A DNA stretch of 63,868 nt, counting the filler, from Octopus bimaculoides (Eukaryota): NCBI RefSeq assembly GCF_001194135.2. It is 7 parts of 7 records of this genome, joined end to end, with 100 filler letters (N's around TTAATTAATTAA, not from the genome) between each part and the next. Parts side by side here need not be neighbours in the genome. Positions count along the whole stretch, not along the records: positions 28,762 to 53,782 come from NC_069008.1; positions 53,883 to 59,535 come from NW_026361056.1; positions 59,636 to 62,427 come from NC_068988.1; positions 62,528 to 63,868 come from NC_068981.1; 3 more parts are not named here. One strand, given 5' to 3'. Both the position numbers and the translations under genes were made by a program. Position 1 is the first letter of the stretch; the number at the start of each line of letters is the position of its first letter. The notes under the pieces were generated by a model. It searched no databases. It saw nothing but the letters and a program-made list of their open reading frames with translations, and was not told the DNA's origin. This document shows, piece after piece, positions 52,688 to 63,868 of the stretch.

Positions 52688-53782
52688 TTTCTGGCAACAG
52701 ATAGAGCGTCTAACAAGTGGCTTCGAACCCCTCCACAAAAAGTGAAAGAGCTGTCTTTCCAACTTGGTCAACCACGAATCAGGGCAAGGAATGACGGTCA
52801 GGCGGTAGGTAATAACTGATGCGATGAACACATTGGCAACCTTCGCCCTCCCTTTCAAGGACAGCCTTCGCCAAGACCAACTCTTGGCTATACCGGCCAT
52901 CTTGCTCGAAACCTCTGCCCAGTTCTTCTCCACCTGGAGGTCTGGACCAAACCAAACTCCCAGCAACTTAACCGGTCCCTCCGTCCAATGTCCTACGACG
53001 CTATCCGAAGGCATCGACTTGCTCCTCCAGGTGCCGAGTTGCAAGCCGACTGACTTATCCCGATTAATCTTTGCTCCTGCCACCATCTCATACTCCTCAA
53101 CAACCTCGCCTACTTTACATAGGCGTGTCGTTGTGGTCACACTGATGGTGATGTTGTCCGCATACGCTGTAACAAACTCCTCCAAGCCCGGCGCTCTCAG
53201 GATCTCCCACAGCTTTCTCAGCAGCGGCTCGAGAGCCACCACGTACAAAAGCGGAGAGAGTGGACACCCTTGACGAACCGAACGTTTGATGCAGAATGGC
53301 TTAGAAAGAAAACCGTTCACCCAAACTATCGAGTCGATGTTGTGATACAACTGAATAATCCACCTGAGGAAACTGACGCGCAAGCCAAACCTCACAAGAA
53401 CACTCACCAAGTACCGATGGCCGACCCTATCGAAAGCCTTAGATTGATCTAAATGCACCAAAGCCACCCCCCCTCTGCCAGTCTTAGCCCCAAGCCTCTC
53501 TATGGTATAGCGGATAAGGTGGAGATTATCCTGAATGGTCCTACCAGGGATGGCACAGGTCTGTGCCTCCTCAAGCAAACCATCCGCGACACGCGCCAAC
53601 CTGTTCGCTAATACCTTGGCCAAAATCTTCACTTCTGTATTTAGCAGAGTGATGGGCCTAAAGTTATCTAAACAATCCCCCTTGCTCGGGTCCTTCCTGA
53701 CTAGTGTCACCACTCCCCGGCGCACAGATCTGGGGATAAACCCATTCTGTTGCCAGTTCGTGTACACACAAGCCAACAGGTG
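52688..53782 (-). mobile_element. L1/Tx1-clade LINE reverse transcriptase fragment, open frame of about 360 aa
   Basis: NFRPITLLNTEVKILAKVLANRL, LDQSKAFDRV, RSVRQGCPLSPLLY, YADN (for YADD), KLLGVWF and LSLKGRAKVAN. Noticeably more GC-rich than the flanks; the 5' end runs into a gap. Confidence 0.92.
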
Positions 53783-53882
53783 NNNNNNNNNNNNNNNNNN
53801 NNNNNNNNNNNNNNNNNNNNNNNNNNTTAATTAATTAANNNNNNNNNNNNNNNNNNNNNNNNNNNNNNNNNNNNNNNNNNNN

Positions 53883-53925
<43 letters not shown>

Positions 53926-54119
53926 ACATATAAATATTTATATATACATACATATAAATATGTGTGTGTATGTGTGCTCTATAATGCTCAAATAAATCTC
54001 TCAGCATATGTATCCATACACTCACACAAACACACACATGCAGATATACATGTAGAAACAAGAATAAATATACGTCTGTATAATAGTTTCTATGTGCGTT
54101 TCGTCATTACGGCTAATTG

Positions 54120-54450
54120 AAGCCCTGCGATGAAAGTTCCAAATACATATAAATGCTCAACCACAAAGAGTTCTCAGTGAACGTTTTATTGCATCATGTT
54201 ACAGGAACCATCTGTACAGAAAGCAGACTGGATTATGAAAATCTACGTAGAGACCTAAACATAACAGTAACAGTCTTACATGAGCGTGACAAGGCCGGGC
54301 CTTTGAAATACAGGTACCACTCACTTTTGTCAGCTGAGCGGACTGGAGCAACGTGAAATAAAGTGTCTTGCTCAAGGACACGACGCGTCGCTGGGAATCG
54401 ACCTCACGACCTTACGATCGCGAGCCGAATGCCCAAACCATTAAGCTACT
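54120..54450 (-). mobile_element. tRNA-derived SINE
   Basis: Minus strand reads gtagcttaatggtttgggcattcggctcgcgatcgtaaggtcgtgaggtcgattccc (A/B boxes), followed by gtgtccttgagcaagacactt. Confidence 0.8.
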
Positions 54451-54698
54451 ATATATATATATATATATATNNNNNNNNNNNNNNNNNNNNNNNNNNNNNN
54501 NNNNNNNNNNNNNNNNNNNNNNNNNNNNNNNNNNNNNNNNNNNNNNNNNNNNNNNNNNNNNNNNNNNNNNNNNNNNNNNNNNNNNNNNNNNNNNNNNNNN
54601 NNNNNNNNNNNNNNNNNNNNNNNNNNNNNNNNNNNNNNNNNNNNNNNNNNNNNNNNNNNNNNNNNNNNNNNNNNNNNNNNNNNNNNNNNNNNNNNNNN

Positions 54699-54746
<48 letters not shown>

Positions 54747-55577
54747 TATGTATATATATATATGTATATATATGTGTATATATATATGTGTATATGTATA
54801 TATACATGTATGTGTATATATGTATAAATATGAATGTATCAGTTTAGCTATATAAAGTTATATTCATACACGTACACACACACACACACACGTGGTGCAC
54901 CCATGCACATACACATATATGAGACCGAAAGCTGAAAACGATGACTGATGTTATCCCGCGAGATAAACTTAGTACAAAATGACTAATTTCTACTCCGTCC
55001 TTCAAAAGCACAACAAAATATTCCTTCCCGTCTTTTTGATTTATATTTCTGCATTCTATTTCTATTCCCATTCTCTTCCAGATCCTAATTTTTGCCGATG
55101 ACGCGTGTCAGCACTAACTTAACCAAGCTCTGACGTCTCTCTCTCTCTTACTTTCTCTTGATATAAATGCATTGTTAAGATAGATAGACAGTCAATAACC
55201 CAATATGTCGATAAATCAGCACGGAAAAAATGGCGTCTTTTACAGAAACAGAAAACAGCAACGTTGAGTAATAGTACAACATAGAGAAATACTGAAACGG
55301 ACGTCTGCTATCACACAGACAGGAATTCTAATAGACTTTCACATTGACTGACGTAATTTTGATGCAAAAATATCACAGTCACAACGGGAGATGCGCAGTC
55401 AAAACAGCAATGTGTCTTATATGGTGAATATCGATGGATGAAGCTATAGATGTGTAGTTAGGAAGACCGTTAATGTATGCTTAACAGGCGTATATCTATG
55501 GTTAGCAAGGTCATTGTAATATATTCAACAGGCATATCTATGGATTAAGGCATATCTGTATTGCTAAGAATGTGATT

Positions 55578-56075
55578 AGGAGGCCTGGCTGTGTAGTAAG
55601 AAGCTTGCTTCCCAACCACATGGTTCCAAGGTGACTGTGTGTCACCTTGGGCAAGTATCTTCTACTGTAGCCTCGGGCGGACTAAAGCCTTGCGAGTGAA
55701 TTTGGTAGACGGAAACAGAAAGAAGCCCGTCGTATATATCTATATATCTTTACACACACACACACGCACGTACATATATGCATGTATGTACGTACGTACG
55801 TATGTATGTACGTATGTATGTATGTATGTATGTATGTATGTATGTATGTATGTATGTACGTACGTAGTATGTATGTGAGTGTGTATCTTGTGTTTGTGTT
55901 TGTTCACCATCACCGCTTGACAACCGGTGTTGGTACTTTTACGTTCCGGTAATTTAGCAGTACGGCAAAAGTATCAGAAAAAATACGTAACATGCTTAGA
56001 AAACGTACTGGGGGTTCGATTTCTTAAACTAAAAATTCTTCAAGGTGGTGCCCCAGCATGGCCGCAGTCTGTGAA
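55578..56075 (+). mobile_element. Full-length composite SINE (tRNA head, internal microsatellite, body)
   Basis: ggaggcctggctgtgtagtaagaagcttgcttcccaaccacatgg...gaaagaagcccgtcg-(TATG)n-...ccagcatggccgcagtc. Confidence 0.85.
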
Positions 56076-56340
56076 GACATAAAAGTGTGGTTCAGAATGT
56101 CGTTAATGTATCGCCCGATATTGGGTATGACTTTAAGAGACATCTGGTGGTGGACCCTGATTAGGGGTTCGCAGGGCCTTGAGGAATGTGAAACTACTTC
56201 TTAACCACTATTGTCCTCAGGGTCCCAGCTATGCGTCAAGTAACATGTTATGGAAGAATACCAGCTTTTCACCTTGGCCTGATTCTTGGGTACCATTTAG
56301 CGAGTCCATTCTATCTATTCTATTACAAACATTGACACAA

Positions 56341-56590
56341 GGTGGCATAGGGTGGCACAGGGTGGCACAGGGTTGCACAAGGTGGCACAGGGTTGCACAA
56401 GGTGGAACAGGGTTGCACAAGGTGGAACAGGGTTGCACAAGGTGGCACAGGGTTGCACAAGGTGGTACAGGGTTGCACAAGGTGGCACAGGGTTGCACAA
56501 GGTGGCACAGGGTTGCACAAGGTGGCACAGGATTGCACAAGGTGGCACAGGGTTGCACAGGGTTGCACAGGGTTGCACAAGGTGGCACAA
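56341..56590. repeat. Minisatellite, 25 x 10-bp monomers forming a 20-bp higher-order unit GGTGGCACAG-GGTTGCACAA
   Basis: Direct reading. Confidence 0.95.
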
Positions 56591-57440
56591 GGTGATCAGT
56601 TTGAAAACGATTTACGTCTCTCATCCAAATAGTTCATGACAAAAATCATGGGCTCTGATTTTTTCCCCCTTTGACCAAGTGATAACTAGTAAAATAAACA
56701 GCAATCTATCTTCTATAGAGAAAGGAATAAAAGAAAGAAACAGACAAAAAGAGATTGAAAATGAGGAATCGATTGCAGTACTGAACTGTTTATTTATTGA
56801 TACTACAATGATAAAAAAAGTAAAAGTGATCTGTGTAGGTATTGAAGCCGGAGATCCAGAACAAATAACGTAATGCATTCTATGCAGAGTTGTAACCACT
56901 CTGCCAGCTTATTGCTTTTGTATTGCAATGCTCTGTTTAAATAACGTAATCGATATATTCATTTTATACAAGGATATATTTCGAGGCTTGTAGTAAAAAC
57001 CAATTTTGACATTATAGATTCTATTGTAAACCGATAGAACATGTGACTGCAATAACATTCAACTGATGAGGGAAGCTTGGCCTGCTAAAAATAGTAGCTA
57101 ATCCTTTTCTTAAATATTCAAATTGTACTCTTTTTAACAGCATCAACAACAACAACAACAACGGCGATAATAAAAACAACAACAGCAACAGCAAAAAGAG
57201 GTATGTTGTATTCTAGGACAAATTATGTGTGAAAGATGGGACGGTCACGGCTGGAATGTTTTTAGTGATAGAGCTGCTTGATGAGGGTGCATCAGAGACT
57301 AAACAATAATTTAAAGGCTTCCTTGTGTCTCTTGAGACAGATTGAGACGAATGGACGCTGCTGTCAGGATGCTGATGATTTGGCGCAGCTGACTGTATAT
57401 TCAACCTGTTTTGAGACAGTACTTTTTGGCACTAAAGGCG

Positions 57441-57490
<50 letters not shown>

Positions 57491-57541
57491 CATACACTCA
57501 GGCAATGTGTGTGTTTGTGTGAGTGTGTGCGTGAGAGAGAG

Positions 57542-57584
<43 letters not shown>

Positions 57585-59334
57585 GAGAAAGACATAACAC
57601 ATGCGTACAAACATAACCAAAGAGTGAGAGAAGAGAAATATTGATTTCAAATTTTGGCACGAGGTCAGCAACTTTAGGGGAGGGGTAAAATCGATTACAT
57701 CGACTCCCAGTGCTCAACTGGTACATATTTTATCAACCCCCAAAAAGATGAAAGGTAAAGTTGACCTCGGTAGAATTTGAACTCAGAACGTAAAGAAGGA
57801 CGACATGCCGTTAAGCATTTTGCTCAGTGTGCTAACGATAGAATAAGTACTAGGCTTCCAAAGAATAAGTCCTGGGGCCGATTTGGTCGACTAAGGGCGG
57901 TGCTCCAGCATGGCCGCAGTCAAATGACTGAAACAGGTAAAAGAGAGTAAGAGTATATGTGTATATACATATATACACATATATACATACACATGCATAC
58001 AGACACATACATACACATATACAGTTACATATATACGCGCATATACCTATGCGCAAATACGAGCAGTGAAATCGAATCAAGATTTCCCCGGATTGTAGAG
58101 CCAAACCGAACATCTTAACAACACGACAGTTCTTGCGCCCATTTATATTTATCGATTTCATGCCTACCGATTACATATATATCTCCATGTTTCATCTGTA
58201 GCCAATAGATGTTGCCATCTTGTCATATTCTCTTTCTTAATATACACACATAAAAATATATAAAGTTTATACGAAATCGAACGCTTCTAAATATAATTCA
58301 CTTTTCAAATAAACATTTCAATATATTTAGACCTTTTGGTAGCGATTCCCCACTAAAACCTCCACCACTCCAGTACCACGAAACAAACCCCTCTCATTTC
58401 CAAGTGTTCATATTTAAATTAAACCCTCCATAATAATTTTATGTAAGAACCTTTTTATTTAGTTGCATTAGAAACAACAGGTTAATACACAAATAAAAGA
58501 AAGAAAACAAATTGTTATTTTAATAAATCCCTGCAAAATTTTGCATTATTTTCAAAATTAATTGAAACACATACACGGTGAATTTCATTAGAAATATGGT
58601 CACGAAAGGTTTATACATTCGCTTTCGTGTTTTAAACACCACCTGATGTGAAATGAATTTGCCGTAAAAATCTCCTTTGATTTCTAAAATGTTAAATTTA
58701 TTAAATATTCGCCCTTGTAATATTTGAGTTTTTCCGTGTTCATTTCCTTATTATGAGGTTTCTAATCTTCCGATCTAGATATGTGTTTTTTATTTTTGTT
58801 TATTTTTAATTTCTTCAAAAATTTAAGCTGTTGTTGTTGTTGTTGTTGGTATTAGAATTGATTTTAATGGAGAATTTTGCTTCCATCTTCAGGGCTAGGA
58901 AAATACATGAGCTTTCAATAGTTGCTGACTCTGTATAAAACTCGAATGAATTCCATCATGAAAGACAGGAATATAGCTCTTTTTTTTTCTGGTTAAGTGT
59001 TGCTACAGCATTCAACCACATTCCAACCTGTATCCAAAAGAAATTCATCGGATGATTGACAAGAAAAGCTCATCAACTCACAAATCTCAAACCCATATCC
59101 ATAAACGAGACCAGAATTTGAATAATATTTTAAAGTATTAACTATCGTAAGTACACATATGAGTGGTCAGAACTGCATTATGTATGTATGTATGTATGTG
59201 GGTATGTATGTATGTATGCTCTGAAGAAGCTGGACCGAAAATTAACATCAAAATGCACACATAACAGTGTACAGTGGATGTAGCTGAAACGTGCGTAGGT
59301 CCAAGGGAAGAATGCTGCAATAACTATAATAAAT

Positions 59335-59535
59335 ATAGGGAGAATTCACAAGAAAACAAATGACGAAGACAGGTGGTGTAGAAATCAAACAGATGTATTA
59401 GTATAACGCGCGGGAAGTGAAGAAGTCTTTAACCTTTCGAGCCTACGCTCTTCCACAGAAAGGAACTCAGAAAGAAACAGGGATAGAAAATAAAGAATGT
59501 GTAGTGGCTAGCGATCTATCATGGCGAATATGCAT
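59335..59535 (-). repeat. Penelope-type terminal repeat copy, inverted relative to the adjacent Penelope ORFs
   Basis: Reverse complement of 63250-63432; contains the hammerhead-like motif. Confidence 0.75.
59427..59462 (-). ncRNA. Second copy of the minimal hammerhead-like motif
   Basis: Minus strand reads CUUU CUGUGGA A GAGC-GUAG-GCUC GAAAG GU U AAAG. Same helices as 63303-63338, with a C15.2 to G change. Confidence 0.4.
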
Positions 59536-59636
59536 NNNNNNNNNNNNNNNNNNNNNNNNNNNNNNNNNNNNNNNNNNNNTTAATTAATTAANNNNNNNNN
59601 NNNNNNNNNNNNNNNNNNNNNNNNNNNNNNNNNNNA

Positions 59637-59938
59637 AATTTACTTGTGCCTCAGAAAATCTTATTTATGTAATAAGATGCTCGGGCTGCCACGAGAACTA
59701 CATAGGGTCCACAGGATTATCGCTCAGACGTAGATGCACTGCACCGCCAGCAGATTGCATACCCAGAATACCGAATGATACCTTTTAGTGATCATATTGA
59801 GAAATACGCAAAACAAATGCTACCACAATTTATAATCTTTCCTTTCTATCAATGTGCCATTAAAACACCAACACAGATTAGATTAAATAAGGAAACCTTT
59901 TTCATTCAAAAATACAAACCCAAACTTAACCATTGCTA
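59637..59938 (+). mobile_element. Penelope-like element GIY-YIG endonuclease C-terminus
   Basis: FTCASENLIYVIRCSGCHENYIGSTGLSLRRR, one frameshift, then QQIAYPEYRMIPFSDHIE...KETFFIQKYKPKLN. Confidence 0.9.
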
Positions 59939-61097
59939 ACACATTTAAATAAGAAAGTACAAGACACAATCTTAGTCAGCTTTGATGTAACAAGTTTATA
60001 TACTAACATCCCACACGACTCAGGAATTGAAGCTGTTGACCTCTGGATTACAAAACATCCAGATTCCATTCCAAAGAGATTCCCGAAAGAATTTATCTTG
60101 GAAGGGCTCGAATTAATATTGGGGAACAACCACTTCTTTGATAACGAACTATATTTACAAATAAAAGGAACATCCATGATCACCTAAGTAAACCCAACAT
60201 ATGCAACACTTGTTATGGGATAACTAGAGGCAAAGTTATATTCCCAAATGCAGGTAACGTCTAGTCACGACTTCGCCACCTACATTAATAACTGGAAACG
60301 TTACCTAGACAACTGCTTCATCTTCTGGGATAGAAACCAAGAAAACCTGCAAAGATTCCATTCCATCATAAACAGGCTTCATGAAGTAATACAATTCACC
60401 ATGGAATGTAGTAGAAAGGAACTATTATTTCTGGATATCCTTATCATTAAAGAAGGGGAAAATATCAAAACAAACCTATACTTAAATTTCCGATCAGCAC
60501 ACCCATCACATACCAAAAGGACACATTCCCTTTAACACTCCAGAAAAAAAATTATATGAACTAAAATGGTTCCTTAAAAGACAAGAATATCCGACGAACC
60601 TTATCAATACAGCCATCTCCAAGGCCCAAAACATTCCAGTGAGAATACTGAGAATAACAAACAAAAAAATAAATAAAAGGACAAAACAGTCATCCTTTTT
60701 GTCATCACTCACAACCCAAGGAACTTCAATGTTGTGAAAGCCGCCAAACAATATCTCCCAAATTCTCCAGCAATCTCCCAAAATGAATGCACTAAAAAAA
60801 AGACTCACCAATAATATATAGCAGACGCCAAGCACCAAACTGAAAACCTACCCAACAAGGCGAAATTTACATCTAACATTGAAACAATGCAAATTTAAAA
60901 ATGCAGGGACCCCCGAAGCGGAACCTGTGAATACATTGGAGAGGGTGCACAAATCTCCCTTGAAACAATGAGATTTTCAAAGTCAATGCAATCATGAATT
61001 GCAAAACGAAAAACTTAATTTACTGTGCAATTTGCCCACAATGTAAAGAGTACTATATTGGTGAAATCGTTGGTGAAAGAGTACTATATTGGTGAAC
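59939..61097 (+). mobile_element. Second Penelope-like copy: RT through GIY-YIG start (decayed)
   Basis: ILVSFDVTSLYTNIPHD, YLQIKGTSM, WKRYLDNCFIFW, IQFTME...LLFLDILI and NCKTKNLIYCAICPQCKEYYIGE. Confidence 0.9.
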
Positions 61098-61122
61098 CAG
61101 CTTCTCCTTGCTGGTTCAACAT

Positions 61123-61163
61123 CCACAGACTAGTTTCGGTGTATTTGCCCCTTATCAATGTGG
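61123..61163 (-). ncRNA. Minimal type I hammerhead ribozyme candidate, U3:A8 core variant, GUC site
   Basis: Minus strand reads CCACA UUGAUAA GGGG-CAAAUA-CACC GAAAC UA GUC UGUGG. Helix I is a perfect 5 bp, helix III carries the palindrome ACUAGU, and helix II has one G.A mismatch. Confidence 0.6.
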
Positions 61164-61561
61164 AGTAGCCGAACCCAGCAGGTTTATTTACCTGTATTCG
61201 GTGAAATACATCCACTGGTTTTCAAAAAGAGAAATATTGGTATTTCTAAGTTTCTCTAAAGGAGAGCTGACCTCCCCTGTTCGAAGGTTGTAATGGACAC
61301 AGGTTTGTGTGTCACATAGCTAACTAGAGGCGATGGCCTCTTGGAGTTATTCAACAACAGCATTCGTCCTATTTTCCCGGACTGCCATGTTAGCTTGGCG
61401 ATAACTATTACTATCCAGTACTGCTGCCGTAGTCTCATTTAGAGAGACTTAGAAATATTAATATTTCTCTTTTTGAAAACCAGTGGATGTATTCCATCGA
61501 ATATCGGTAAATAAACCTTTGAACAGACGATCAGCAGCGACGCCTGCTGGGTACGGCTACT

Positions 61562-61602
61562 CCACACTGATAAAGAGCAAATACTCCGAAACTAGTCTGT
61601 GG
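61562..61602 (+). ncRNA. Minimal type I hammerhead ribozyme candidate (inverted sister copy, C3.A8)
   Basis: CCACA CUGAUAA AGAG-CAAAUA-CUCC GAAAC UA GUC UGUGG. Same scaffold as 61123-61163. The C3.A8 and A10.1.C11.1 mismatches suggest impaired activity. Confidence 0.5.
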
Positions 61603-61939
61603 ATGTTGAACCAGCAAGGGGAAGCTGCTGACCTCCCCTGTTCGAAGATTGTAATGGACACAGGGTTGTGTGTCCATTAGCTAGCTAGAGGCGATGGCCT
61701 CTTGAAGCTAATAAACGGCAGCATTCGTCCTATTTTCCCGGGACTGCCATGTTAGCTTGGCGATAACTATTAATATCCAGTACTGCTGTCGTAGTTTTCT
61801 TTAGACACACTTAGAAATACTAATATTTCTCTTTATGTATACAATCCTATATAAAGTCAACTAACAATTAAAGATGGAGAGATGTTAAAAGTTTTGTAAA
61901 ATTTTAATCCATGTATACGATCGTTTCAAATGATGACAC

Positions 61940-62121
<182 letters not shown>

Positions 62122-62427
62122 CTGTTTCCAGAAGAGCAGAAGGGATGCTGCAAGGGCTCATACGGCTGTAAAGACCAATTATTGATCAATAAAGCCATAA
62201 CTGAAAACAGCCACAGAAAGAAGAAAGGCTTCAGGATGGCCTGGGTGGACTACCAAAAGGCTTTCGACAGTGTTCCCCACACGTGGATTCTGGAAACACT
62301 AGCCATAAACAAGGTGGCACCAATTATTATAAAATACATAAGGCACTCAATGAACAAATGGCAGACAGTGCTACAGCTCCAAACAAAAGAGGGACTTGTG
62401 AAAACGAAAGCATTAGAAGAGGAATAT
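62122..62427 (+). mobile_element. R4/Dong-like RT N-terminal fragment starting directly after (AAT)n
   Basis: LFPEEQKGCCKGSYGCKDQLLINKAITEN...MAWVDYQKAFDSVPHTWIL. Confidence 0.9.
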
Positions 62428-63249
62428 NNNNNNNNNNNNNNNNNNNNNNNNNNNNNNNNNNNNNNNNNNNNTTAATTAATTAANNNNNNNNNNNNNNNNN
62501 NNNNNNNNNNNNNNNNNNNNNNNNNNNATATATGATAAGAATTCTATGAGCGTGTTTAATTGTAACAACTAAGAGTCAGGTATCAAAAGGGTCAGTTATA
62601 TTTATAAAGATAATTCCATTTCGAACCAAACATGATATATGTTACTAACTGAAATGGAATAACTGTGAAAACTGGGTAAATGTGTACTTTTGTACAATGA
62701 TATGACGTAAATACGCTGTCAGTTCAATTGATGGCAGTGGACACGATCGTGTTGATAGACCATAAAGTCACGATAGCGTATATTTTTGTGCAATATGGCG
62801 TCTTAATGGTATCAATTGAATTTATGGTTGTAATCACGATAGGCCATAGATACATCATAAAGTGGTGATTTAAACGAACATTTACAAAGAAAAATAAAAC
62901 AAACAATATACATAAAAATGCTCTTCCTTCTTATCCTTCACATTCGCACCATTTATAGTAATGGTCTTCAAGTTTCGTTTATAACTTTTTGCCTTTTTCT
63001 GTTCTAATCTTTTATTTTGTTTATTCATTTATTTATTTATTGTCATGCTTTACGAGATCATGGTATGAAAATATAGTTTAACCTAAAAACTGGTTGTATA
63101 TTTATGAAAAAGATGGAAATACAGGAATTTGGATATTTTTTTCTATTCCTACTGTAATTAGTATAAGTGTCATAAATGCATAGAATAATAAGAAGGTACA
63201 AATACCTAAACTAAAGTTTACAAATATGAACCATAATTAAAAAGGTGTG

Positions 63250-63432
63250 TGTCTGTGTCTGTATATGTGAGTTATTTTCTCTCCTTGTTTCTTTCTGTGT
63301 CCCTTTCTGTAGAAGAGCGTAGGCTCGAAACGTTAAAGACTTTTTCACTTCCCGAGCGTTAAACTAAGACATCTGTTTGTTGTCTACACCACCTGTCTTC
63401 GTCTTTTCTTTTCTTTGTGAATTTTCATATAT
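63250..63432 (+). repeat. Penelope-type terminal repeat copy carrying the minimal hammerhead-like motif
   Basis: Homologous to 59335-59535 (reverse complement) and 47585-47695. Confidence 0.75.
63303..63338 (+). ncRNA. Minimal hammerhead-like motif (U6 plus extra A variant) in a Penelope-type terminal repeat
   Basis: CUUU CUGUAGA A GAGC-GUAG-GCUC GAAAC GU U AAAG. Helix I and helix II are each 4 bp, with a minimal helix III (ACGU palindrome). Confidence 0.5.
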
Positions 63433-63435
63433 ATG

Positions 63436-63700
63436 GAACAAAAACGCAATAGAGGAATATAAAATATTCGGACGGTTAGACGATATAAAGAGGGAGAAGA
63501 GAAACAACAATTATAAGGACAGGCAAAACAAGACAGGTCATTCGTGGCCTTCTTTCCTCAGTCAAGTACCAGAAGTTACGACCGTTTCGGGCACTTACAC
63601 TTGAGACGGTTCGATCTGGTTGTCCCCCAAAAAGTCTAATCTAAGAGCATTAGACCTCTTTGCAAGAAAGCTAGCGAATGTGTACGGCAACAAAGACAAA
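63436..63700 (-). repeat. Dispersed repeat homologous to 1655-1955
   Basis: Alignment by eye with 1655-1955. The homology may extend to the window end. Confidence 0.6.
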
Positions 63701-63868
63701 AACCGGAGAACATGGTACACAATTCTGAATACAAACAAGAAAAAAACCAACAGGTGTCTTTTGACTGAGAACGAATCAAATTGAGCTGGGGTGTATGAAG
63801 TGAAAGCCTAAAGGCAGGAACATAGGAGATGGACATAAGAGGTGTTGACGGTCGGCAGTCAGGCCAAG

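Larger units (their letters stand above)
61098..61835. repeat. Compound inverted plus direct repeat abutting the Penelope copy
   Basis: 61098-61260 is inverted at 61438-61627, with a 25-nt insertion at 61518-61542. 61266 to about 61470 is directly repeated at 61627 to about 61832. Confidence 0.85.

Noticed and set aside
766-54847. Numerous long ORFs in the track rich in X, HT, YI, CV, RE or LS repeats
   Set aside because: They are read-through of N gaps and di- or tetranucleotide microsatellites.
56179-56639. Cys-periodic (CATLCHLVQP)n and (VAQGGTGLHK)n ORFs resembling metallothionein or structural repeat proteins
   Set aside because: All frames are open simply because the 10/20-bp minisatellite lacks stops. 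There is no non-repetitive coding flank or splice support.
57213-57404. Ser-rich minus-strand ORF as a terminal exon
   Set aside because: It has no recognisable homology, a weak acceptor and no supporting upstream exons.
59215-59300. CUGAAGA AGCU ... AGCU GAAAC GU GCGUA as a long-loop hammerhead
   Set aside because: It lacks a valid H17, the helix I register is off by one, and the ~50-nt loop is unstructured, so a chance match or heavily decayed relic cannot be excluded.

Overview
AT-rich, gap-riddled animal genomic DNA. The SINE, LINE and microsatellite content strongly suggests an octopus (coleoid cephalopod) draft assembly; this is an inference. Only one host coding exon is clearly recognisable: 20961-21159 (+), the hinge plus TM1 of a GRL101/relaxin-receptor-like type C LGR GPCR. 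The rest looks intronic or intergenic and is filled with decayed mobile elements. These are RTE, R4/Dong-like, CR1-like and L1/Tx1-like LINEs; Penelope-like elements; a Ty3/gypsy gag-protease relic; Tc1, mariner, maT/DD37D-like, hAT-Buster and Merlin DNA transposons (two clean nested insertions); a Helitron-like 3' end; several tRNA-derived SINE families; and many micro- and minisatellites. The most interesting signal, found by eye and folded by hand, is a set of type I hammerhead-ribozyme-like motifs from several apparently unrelated repeat families. One has a canonical core and sits inside a ~300-bp inverted-repeat-flanked element (39401-39460). An inverted pair next to a Penelope GIY-YIG end includes a copy with a U3:A8 core swap (61123-61163, 61562-61602). 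A recurrent minimal variant has U6 plus an extra A (63303-63338, 59427-59462), and there are further degenerate copies. None has been tested for activity. The TTAATTAATTAA islands inside N runs are assembly linkers, and most listed ORFs are artefacts of gaps and microsatellites.
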